In this document: piece by piece, positions 1 to 9,428 of the stretch | How the letters are laid out: the number at the start of each line of letters is the position of its first letter | Numbering within the stretch: the stretch's first letter is position 1 | Assembly (NCBI GenBank): GCA_002269645.1 | Contig: NIVC01002826.1 | Span: 73,731-137,730 of the forward strand | Direction: 5' to 3' | From: Macrostomum lignano | Lineage: Eukaryota | DNA length: 64,000 bases | The notes under the pieces: model-generated | Database searches by the model: none | What the model was told of the DNA's origin: nothing | The model's input: only the letters and a program-made list of their open reading frames with translations | Translations under genes and position numbers: made by a program

Positions 1-165
1 GGATCGCTGATAAAAAAGCGTAATGTAAAAAATAAAAGAAGCTTCATGTCGAAGTTAAGAGATTCATTTGGGAATCCCTACGATGTTGAGGCTTGCAAGG
101 AATTGCTATAATGCTGTAGTAGTGCTATAATGACTCTTAGAGAGAATTACTGAAATTTCAATGCT

Positions 166-227
166 TTAGGGTTAGGTTAGGGTTAGGGTTAGGGTTAGGG
201 TTAGGGTTAGGCTAGGGTTAGGGTTAG
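166..227 (+). repeat. Interstitial telomeric repeat (TTAGGG)n, about 10 units
   Basis: ttagggttaggttagggttagggttaggg... with one TTAGG unit and a degenerate ttaggctaggg stretch, embedded in non-telomeric sequence on both sides. Confidence 0.9.
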
Positions 228-1485
228 AAGGTTGACAGATATTTTTAGATTTCCAAGGCTTATTGGGGCATTGCTGAGATGTCAAGGGGGGAAGTTGATA
301 TGTTAAAGCTTGTGGGGGAGATAACTGACATGTCAAGGCTTACAAGGTTTGACAGGAGATTTTTTAAGATTTCAAGGATACATGTAGCTTATTAAAAAAA
401 CGTGTATTGCATTTCTTTGGCTCCCCAACGGGGGGCGTAGATTGCTAGTGACCTCTAAATCTCTCTATGGCGACCTGCATGACTCCCTACGGTATAATGA
501 TCTCCCAGACGATACCTTGACCCCACCTGATAATGAATATGACTTTCTGAATGCTGGCAACTGCTTACTGGACCTCCTCATTCACTGCCGATCTTTCGTT
601 GTGTACTTTGCGCATGCGCCCCATACTTCTACAGTACATGTACGAGTATATTTAAGGTGCCCTACCTGTACATAAGTACCTGAAGTCTCCAATATCATTC
701 GAATATGGTGGAGTCACAACAGAAGCGGCAGAGTTTCATTTCTCTTACTTCTCATTTTGGATAACAGTACAGAGATAACCGTGAAAGCAGCTACAAGATC
801 AAGACATAAGACTTTGGTGTTGTGTGATTTAATTTAATATATCGAATATTTTTATTTACCCAAATCACCCTTCGCTTTCATTCATTCAAAACGAGTTTTT
901 GTTCCAACGAGTTTACACAAAGCAGCAGAAAAATAACTTAATTTTTATTTTGATACGGTACAATGGCCAAGACCAGTCACCATGGGATACGATAGGGGGG
1001 CGCGGGCGGTTTACACCCGAGTTTCGGGTTGACAAAAGTACAGAAAATAGTTTTCATTCTGGACTTACAGAACTTTTGAATAGAATTATCAATGTATAGT
1101 TATGGATGCAGTTCTGCACAACCAGTCACCCTAATGGAGATGATTATTGATTTGGAGTTTGACCAGGTCTATTTGGAATTCGCGAACTTGTCAATTTTGG
1201 ACAAGTTTCATTCCTTGGATCGGAGATCGACAGGGGAGCAATAAGTTTGAAAACCTGATTTTTCATTTTCAAGTACTAGAAGCTATTCTTACCTTTTTAG
1301 AAGTTAGTGGACTGTGGAGAATTGAAGGAGAGAAGAAGAGACGTTGGAAAACAATTTAAAAAACAAAATGTGTGTTTTACTTTTGTTATACTGCATCAGT
1401 TTGTTAAATTTTAATCGCGCCTATTTGAACAATTTAAATTCGTGCGCGAATTGTCTCTGAGAGGCTGCGCTAGCAGGGCGGGACA

Positions 1486-2550
1486 TCAGATGACCGCGCA
1501 GCACACGTTGCCGGGCTGCTGGTCCTTGACGTTCTTGTTCACGTCGCCCTCCTTGCCGTTGGCGGTGGCCTCGCCTTCTTTCTTCTCGCCGCCCTGACGA
1601 GTCGCAATTTGGGGGAGTTGGTATTATTCGAGATTAGGTGTATAAAATGGTGCATTATTTGTTTCGGGTCGGGTTAGAAATGCCAATACATGTAATAAAG
1701 TCACAATGTGTACATTTTTGCCGCAGTGGAAATGGTAGACTTAGTGATCTACGAAGCTAGATGTACGCAGCAGGTGCATTGAAAGGGACAGCTGTGTTAA
1801 AAAATGTGATAAGCTTGATGAAGACGCTTAGCGCTAAATATCTTGTGCTTTGAGAGTGAAATCCATCAATTATCGAATAAAAATCACCTGTTGAATTTCA
1901 CCTCCTCTTCGAACTGATACTATTATCTCACCTGTTCGTCATTTGGTGTTGCACTGTCTGGCTTTTGGGATTCCTGCATCCGGGATGCGGTTTGCGATGC
2001 GAGATTGGTCACGGATCTGCATTTTGTTCCCTTTAACAGCCTGGGGCTTCAATAGTAAAATTAACGGGGCCACTCACCTCTGCAGCAGCGGGCGTCTCTG
2101 CCGGCTTCTCCTCAGTCGCCGGAGCCTGCGGGAGTTACACGAGGGCCGATTTGGGGCTGCTCAAGGAGGCCAGTGAGATCAGAGAGAAAGCAAAGCAAAG
2201 TGCTTTCCACCCGGGCAGTCGAGAGAGTAACATCAATCTTGCTTGGTCACAAAAGCAACAAAGGGGAAAAGGAAAAAAGTTTTCTTTGTCAACTCGGTCA
2301 TACAATCGTAGTTGAAACACTTCAAATCTTTGCAAAAGGAAATTGGAAATCGGAAGAAACTCTGCAAACCGCAATAAAAGATCTATCAGCTTCACATGAA
2401 GATGCTGTTACATTTTATCAGCTTTACCTCAGCCTCAGGGGCGGGAGCTGCAATAATTATTGAATTAGAAATGAAAATCCACTTCAATCAACAGCACTTG
2501 TCATCAACTCACTGCAGAGAGTCACAGTACTCACCCGCTTCCTCTGACAT
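1486..2550 (-). CDS. Small acidic 63-aa protein with C-terminal CC/CaaX motif, four short coding exons
   Basis: Exons 2550-2535 (16 nt, donor GTGAGT), 2447-2428 (20 nt, ttgcag/GTAAAG), 2125-2078 (48 nt, ccgcag/GTGAGT), 1593-1486 (108 nt, TGA). Phases 1,0,0 join in frame: MSEEAAPAPEAEAPATEEKPAETPAAAEGGEKKEGEATANGKEGDVNKNVKDQQPGNVCCAVI*. Confidence 0.8.
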
Positions 2551-3325
2551 TATTCAGGAAGTTCTTGCTGGCGTTCTCGCTGAAGCAATCAAGCAGAAAC
2601 AGTCGCTAAAGAAGAGAAGGTGGCTGGCGGCGTTGGTGGTGGCTGGAGGGAGGGTCGAGTTTTGCTCCGCGCGCCGCGTTTCATATCCTGGTCGAGCCGC
2701 TTCACTGAGGGACCCTCCTTCGCTCGGGGCGAGAGAGGGACAGAGGGGAAGAAATCGATTTGAGATCGGGCTGTGCGCGCACACGGCTACTCTGGCCATA
2801 TCTACACTGCAGCATTTGGCTGGGAGCAACTTCTCTGCAGCAGCAGCGGCAGCAGCAACAGCAGCTGTTTAGCGAAGAGTTTTCGGGGCAGCCCTTAAGA
2901 GCTGGAGGGCTGCGGGGAGTGTCCATAACTTCTGTTGCTACATTCCCTTCCCGTGTGTGTGTGTCTCCCCTCTATTATCCCCCCAGCCGGGAATCGATTT
3001 CTGTGCACTGCTGGGGCTGAGCCCGGGGACCTGCATATGGCGACTGCAATGCTATTTGGACCGCACTGCATACTAAGCCCGCCCACGTGTATTCAGAAAT
3101 TGCTGCTAAGTCTGCAGTGCTTAGATCTGTCTCGATCACTCTCTCGCACAGTTTGAAGTTGGACAATTGGACTTTTCCTTCTCTCTCCGAGATCAGCCCA
3201 CTGTTATAGTTTAGTCCGGACCATCTTCGTATTCGAATAGCTCTCAAGGATCATGCATCTTATCATTGCCTGTTGCTTTTTGGAAAATAGTGCAGTTGCG
3301 GTTGCAAGCTAATGTGATACTGCTG

Positions 3326-3406
3326 ATGAGGCTATTGCTGATGGGGCTATTGCTGATGAGGCTATTGTTGATGAGGCTATTGCTGATGAGGCTATTGCTG
3401 ATGGGT
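3326..3406. repeat. 15-bp minisatellite (GAGGCTATTGCTGAT), about 5 copies
   Basis: Direct tandem copies; same unit and orientation as 4822-5160. Confidence 0.9.
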
Positions 3407-3410
3407 CTAC

Positions 3411-3645
3411 GAAGTTTGCCAGCCGACGTTTGCCAGCCGACGTTTGCCTGCGGGACGTTTGCCTGCGGGACGTTAGCCAGCCGACGTTTGCCAGCCGACG
3501 TTTGCCAGCCGACGTTTGCCAGCCGACGTTTGCCAGCCGACGTTTGCCAGCCGACGTTTGCCAGCCGACGTTTGCCAGCCGACGTTTGCCAGCCGACGTT
3601 TGCCAGCCGACGTTTGCCAGCCGACGTTTACGGCCAGCCAACATT
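3411..3645 (+). repeat. 14-bp minisatellite (GCCAGCCGACGTTT), about 16 copies
   Basis: Tandem units with occasional GCCTGCGGGACGTTT variants. Confidence 0.95.
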
Positions 3646-4426
3646 AAGTCAGTGAGTGAAAAATTTGATACTGAAATATTCGCAATTTAGCGGTTTGAAA
3701 AAAACCGGTTTTTAGTCCAACATTTTCGCAAGTATAAAAGTTCGAAAACAAAATCTATACAAATTATGCAGTTCATCAATCTAGCATCTAGTTTAAGAAT
3801 AATTTCTTTGAATGTGAAAATATTATAAAGTTTACTTCTGACAGTTTTGTATCGCTTTTCCCAGTTTGAGATGTTTGATTTTTGATTTGCGAATGAAGAC
3901 GCGCAAATTTAAACGAGAATCTCCAGCGAGCCAAGTTTTGGGCAAATAAAAGACCTGCTGAACGATAATTCTGGCTTATATATTTCCCAGTTCATTGGGA
4001 GATCCAAAAGTAAGCGAATTAATTCCAATGATGCTTGTCAAGTGCACGCTGTCATGGCCAAAACTCCGTTAAGCAGAGTTTGGCTTTTGAGTTAAGTATA
4101 GGCGAGACTAGGCCAATACCATTATGGATGTCTCAGTCTTTTCCCATTTAGCTTGTAAACATTTAGCTTGTTTGGCCAAGATGGAAAGGGCCGTTCCATG
4201 GCATTCATAGGCATCAACTGTGACGGTGGAAACTCCTATTTTGTATTTGACCTTCCTATTTAGGCAGAAAAGAGCAACAACTTCAATAAGCCTGAACAGT
4301 AGTTTGTTAGTAACCTGCATATTTATTAGCAGTGTAGGGAGCGAGCTGGAATTAGATTCGTGCTGTGTCCACAGTTTTCAAATGCAAGTACATGTAGGCC
4401 TAGAGAGGGCATAATTCTTTAATCAA

Positions 4427-4810
4427 TTGCCGCCTGCAAATGTCCGGCAGGCAAACGTCGGCTGGCAAACGTTGGCTGGCAAACGTCCCGCAGGCAAACG
4501 TCGGCTGGCAAACGTCGGCTGGCAAACGTCGGCTGGCAAACGTCGGCTGGCAAACGTCGGCTGGCAAACGTCGGCTGGCAAACGTCCCGCAGGCAAACGT
4601 CGGCTGGCAAACGTCGGCTGGCAAACGTCGGCTGGCAAACGTCGGCTGGCAAACGTCGGCTGGTAAACGTCGGCTGGCAAACGTCGGCTGGTAAACGTCG
4701 GCTGGCAAACGTCGGCTGGCAAACGTCGGCTGGCAAACGTCGGCTGGCAAACGTCGGCTGGCAAATGTCCCGCAGGCAAACGTCGGCTGGCAAACGTCCT
4801 GCAGGCAAAC
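4427..4810 (-). repeat. 14-bp minisatellite (AAACGTCGGCTGGC), inverted relative to 3411-3645
   Basis: Reverse complement of the 3411 unit, including the AAACGTCCCGCAGGC variant. Confidence 0.95.
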
Positions 4811-4821
4811 ATCGCTATCCC

Positions 4822-5160
4822 ATTGCTGATGAGGCTATTGCTGATGGAGCTATTGCTGATGAGGCTATTGCTGATGGAGCTATTGCTGATGAGGCTATTG
4901 CTGATGGAGCTATTGCTGATGAGGCTATTGCTGATGGAGCTATTGCTGATGGAGCTATTGCTGAGGAGGCTATTGTTGAGGAGACTATTGCTGATGAGGC
5001 TATTGCTGATGAGGCTATTGCTGATGGAGCTTTTGCTGAGGAGGCTATTGCTGATGAGGCTATTGCTGATGAGGCTATTGCTGATGAGGCTATTGCTGAT
5101 GGGGTTATTGCTGATTAGGGTTATTACTGATGGGCGATTGCTGATGGGCGATTGCTGATG
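4822..5160. repeat. 15-bp minisatellite (GCTATTGCTGATGAG/GGA), about 20 copies, degenerating at the right end
   Basis: Tandem units; source of the ADEAI and MRLLL ORFs. Confidence 0.95.
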
Positions 5161-5199
5161 GGGCCAATCAATATGCTGACAAGGTGGTAATTGGACAAA

Positions 5200-6250
5200 A
5201 AACAGAGGGTCAATAATATTAATAATGATAATCTCATGCCCCGCGCCGACCACACAAGTGGCCAAAACGGGAGGGGGGCGTCAAATCGTGCTCTTCAGGG
5301 CAAGGTCTCTGACGTGCTTCACGCCGGCTGCCTGGATGGCTGCTCGCGCATCATCGAAAAGACGGTCGATGCGCCTGCGAGGTCCCTGCGGAGTCCACAG
5401 CAGGACGTCCTGCAGCGGCTCTGGGCAGAATTCTTCGGCCCGGATGACACGCCCGGCAAGCCGCAGACGTCGCTTGCGCTCAGCAGGACAGAAGGCCGCG
5501 TCAGGCGCTCTCGCTGGTACAAGGAGTCGGTCGTCTCGCTGCCAGGGCCGCGGCGGGCGCCGAACGCGGCACGAACCAGAGCCGCGTGCGCCGCGTCGAG
5601 CTGCCTCTCGAGCGCCCCGGTCAGCGTCCAGGTCTCAGCATTGTACAGGAGGGCGGTCTCGACAACAGCCTGGAACAGCTGGGACCTGGCGCTGTCCGAA
5701 AGGGCCCCGAGAGCAGCACCGCTCGAAAAGATCGAAAGGCAGCCCAGGTCTTGCCGCGCCGTCTCGCCAGGTCGTCGCTCACGTCTGGCACCAGCCCGCC
5801 GAGGTAGAGGAACTGACAGCACTTCGGGAGCACCGTCCCAGGGCCGTCGCCGTCTGAGTCGTATCTCGGCGGGTAGATCGTGGGGCACCATCAGCACCTC
5901 GGTCTTTTTGGCGTTGAGGACGAGACCGACTCTCGCAGCCGACGCAGTCAAGCCATCCAGCAGCCGTTGGGCGCCTTCGGCCGTCGTAGACAGCAGGGCG
6001 AGGTCGTTCGCGTAGCCGAGGAGGGACAGCCTCTTCTCCGAGTGTCGCCGACTGGTGCGCCTTTGCAATAGAAAGCCTTCTCAGCGTCAGATGTTGGTTG
6101 CCAGGCAAGTTGCAGTTGCTCGACTGTGCGTCGGGCTTCTCAGACCTCCGAGTCGCTCGCCCAAACCGGAAGTCGCCGTGACGCGGGTGCCTTGGTCTTG
6201 CAGGGCGCGGAAATATCTTCTTCTGGGGCGATGGAGCGGTCAATGCAAGT
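5200..6250 (-). mobile_element. RTE-like non-LTR retrotransposon fragment, copy 1 (apparently internally deleted, frameshifted)
   Basis: GFLLQRRTSRRHSEKRLSLLGYANDLALLS (YADD variant), LVLNAKKTEVL, VETALLYNAETWTL thumb motif; 3' end followed by an ATT-rich tail near 5215-5235. Confidence 0.85.
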
Positions 6251-7289
6251 GCTAATCGAACTAAATTTTTAATATCATTTAAATTTCAAACATAAAAAGC
6301 TATTTTTATTTTCAAAGCTGACTACTGGACTAAGATGATATCAGTAGTCTCGTGCGCCAACTTTACGAGGTATTATTCTTTGCATTGTTGTTGAGACCAA
6401 CATTGAAATGAGGTATAGGAATTTAACAGACATTCAATCCTCTACTTGAACGCAAGTCTGCACATTTAGCAGTGTTCTAAATGTAATTTTTATGATTATT
6501 TCTGCCAAGCCCGACTATAAACTGAAATTTTGAATCGCACGGCTCACTAAGCATGGAGGGGACTCCGCTGAGGAGCTGGGAAAATTGAATTTCACTTCGA
6601 ATAGCTCGAGCCCCCCCCCAGTTTCTCCCGTTCTCTCTAAGTTTTTAGCCTGCAAGCTCGCAGTTTTTTCCAGATTCCTTCATCTAAATTCCCGCCATTT
6701 CCTTCCCAGCACTCCCTTTTCTTAGTTTGTACTTTTCACCCTCCCAAGAGGGGAGAATTCCCCCTGCGGCTTGCGTTATCTCAGACTCGCTGAGCAGAGG
6801 GAGAGAGAGGAGAGTTAGATAGCTCAGAAACTATATAGCCTATAGGAGCTCAGAAGACGCGATCAAGAGGCTGCGGAATCAATGGGTTTGTAGAATTTTG
6901 ATTGACAGGCCTCTTGGCGCTCTGTAGCGATTGCAGACTCACGCGCGCTCCGCGATGCTGCATGGCCTCAGCTGTGTCCTTACTTACCCACTGGGAATGC
7001 CACTCCCCATTGTCCCAGTAGTGCGCCCTGACATGCACTGAATGCAATTCAATATGCTCACTCAGACCCGCTGACAATGAGCTGCCGAGAGAGAGCTCTT
7101 CGCGCTAGAAGCTGTGACGATGCAGCTAGCTGGAAATCTTCTGTTAACCTAGCATTCATTTGAAATGGTGCTGCCTGAGATTCTGCATTAATAAATTATA
7201 ATGCTTGGACCGTGAGCCCGTGTGAGTAAGTAATACCATTCCTGCATGCACCACTTCTTGAACCAACCGCTTTACCGGGGTCTGATACC

Positions 7290-7395
7290 CGGTCTGAGTG
7301 GACTGAGTCGGTTGGGTCTGAGTGGACTGAGTCGGTTGGGTCTGAGTGGACTGAGTCGGTTGGGGTCTGAGTGACTGAGTCGATTGGGTCTGAGT
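7290..7395. repeat. 24-bp tandem repeat (GGGTCTGAGTGGACTGAGTCGGTT), about 4 copies
   Basis: Direct tandem copies. Confidence 0.85.
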
Positions 7396-8020
7396 GCAGA
7401 AACTAGATTTACGCTCGTATAACTTTCTGTAAGACCGAGTGAGCTGCACTCCTTCTCAAGTTCCAGTTTTGTACGGCCAACCAATACAGTTTTAAAAAAC
7501 GTGCCAAAGGCAAACCAACCGTTTGTAAGGCGGAGGGAGGCCCGCATAGAAACAAAACAATCTGCAAGCCATGCAGCGACTACTATAAATTGGAATTAGA
7601 TAAAGACTTGCTCACACCTGTTTTGAGCAGAGAACTGCAACAAGGCGGAGCAAAAAACGATTATAATTTTTTTTAATTTTTTTAATCTGCTTTCTTAGCG
7701 CCATGGGGGTGGGGTTGGGCTGTAACCAGCAGCTCAAATAGTTGACTCAGTTCCACAAACTCCCGACAGGCCACTGCAGGCCCGAGAAGCGCTCTGTGCC
7801 CCGCCGAGACTGCTGCGTCTCATAACTGGCCCGTGCCTGTTTAAATCTCAACAGCGGCTCAATGGTAACCGCATCTGGCTCTCACGTCGGCGTCACGACC
7901 CCTGGTTCAGTTTATTCGGGACTTCCATACGAAAATTTCGTCAGGGTGCCTACAGGCGTCCTGCAATCATTAATATTGATGACATGCTGTGAGAAGACAA
8001 TGCATTGTGGCTACATCAAT

Positions 8021-8210
8021 CAGGAGTCGGAAACTTCGGCCCTCGGGTCCTTTGAAACTTCACAATAGCAATCCGGCCCGGTCTGTGTCTCTTCTTATCT
8101 CTCTTCTCAGTTCTCTCCTCTCTCTACCCTCTCCTCTCTCATCTAGCCCGCAGTAATGATCTAGATTCGTTATCTGACCCCTGACGTAAAAAAAGCTCAC
8201 CGACCCCAGC
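8021..8210 (-). mobile_element. Degenerate hAT-type MITE, same family as 47946 and 51114
   Basis: caggagtcggaaac end plus gggtcctttgaaacttcacaatagcaatccgg, the reverse complement of the subterminal block in the other two copies; CT-rich core; degenerate second end tcaccgaccccag; no clear TSD. Confidence 0.6.
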
Positions 8211-8896
8211 CAGATCTACTTGATCGGCGGCAGAAAATGTGATCTTTATTTGACTTGAAAGTGAGATTAATTCAAAAAAAATCGTCCAACCAAACCTGAT
8301 AACTTGAATAAAATTAGTTGCAGAATTTTCAGAATTTTTGGGTGCAAACTGAAAACATGCAGACAGCTGTCGGGAAATGGCCGGGGGAGCCCATGGGGCC
8401 CTGAACTCCACGACTCTCTATACAAGCCAAATTAGGTTTAGATGGGCCTCTCCGTCTCTCTTCTCTTCTCTTCTCTCTCTAATGAAGAGACTGCTTGGCT
8501 GTGATCATTTCTTTGAATTCTCTACTCAGCACTGATAAGCAGAGCATGCATGTGAGCACTGAGCAGTTCTAACTGATAAATCATTCAGGCTTGCGGTATC
8601 TGTTCAAGCATTTGGGTGGACAGACAGGAACTTAGAAGACGTTTAGAACCTTAAGCTTGACACTAAGGTACACTAAGGCGGTCCTAGAAAAATCATTTGC
8701 TGTCGCAGTCTTCTCTTCTTCAAGCCTTCTTCATTTGGCTGCTTTAGTTTTGTTTTCAGTTTACAGTGTTTCTTAAAGAAATGTATTTAATCTAATATTA
8801 AAATTTTGATATCTTTCCAAAGACTAGAAACGTAAAAGCCCATATGACTTTTATTGCGATCTGAACTCAGGCTTGGCAAGGGTTTTTGTTTGGAAA

Positions 8897-9428
8897 GCGC
8901 CAGCACCAAGGGGCGCCAGCACCAAGGGGCGCCAGCACCAAGGGGCGCCAGCACCAAGGGGCGCCAGCACCAAGGGGCGCCAGCACCAAGGGGCGCCAGC
9001 ACCAAGGGGCGCCAGCACCAAGGGGCGCCAGCACCAAGGGGCGCCAGCACCAAGGGGCGCCAGCACCAAGGGGCGCCAGCACCAAGGGGCGCCAGCACCA
9101 AGGGGCGCCAGCACCAAGGGGCGCCAGCACCAAGGGGCGCCAGCACCAAGGGGCGCCAGCACCAAGGGGCGCCAGCACCAAGGGGCGCCAGCACCAAGGG
9201 GCGCCAGCACCAAGGGGCGCCAGCACCAAGGGGCGCCAGCACCAAGGGGCGCCAGCACCAAGGGGCGCCAGCACCAAGGGGCGCCAGCACCAAGGGGCGC
9301 CAGCACCAAGGGGCGCCAGCACCAAGGGGCGCCAGCACCAAGGGGCGCCAGCACCAAGGGGCGCCAGCACCAAGGGGCGCCAGCACCAAGGGGCGCCAGC
9401 ACCAAGGGGCGCCAGCACCAAGGGGCGC
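8897..9428. repeat. Perfect 17-bp minisatellite (GCGCCAGCACCAAGGGG), about 31 copies
   Basis: No variant units seen; explains six overlapping ORFs in the track. Confidence 0.97.

Noticed and set aside
1880-1900. Possible extra 12-nt microexon (FEEE) of the CaaX gene
   Set aside because: Weak donor (GTGAAA) and no pyrimidine tract; not needed to keep the frame.
2396-2872. 158-aa plus-strand ORF
   Set aside because: Antisense to exons 1-2 and the 5' region of the CaaX gene; no recognisable motif.
3266-5265. ORFs with PADVCQPTFASRRL, ADEAI and MRLLL repeats
   Set aside because: Translations of 14- and 15-bp satellites, open in several frames on both strands.
8897-9428. CRISPR-like appearance of this and other arrays
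   Set aside because: Units abut with no unique spacers, there are no cas genes, and the context is eukaryotic.
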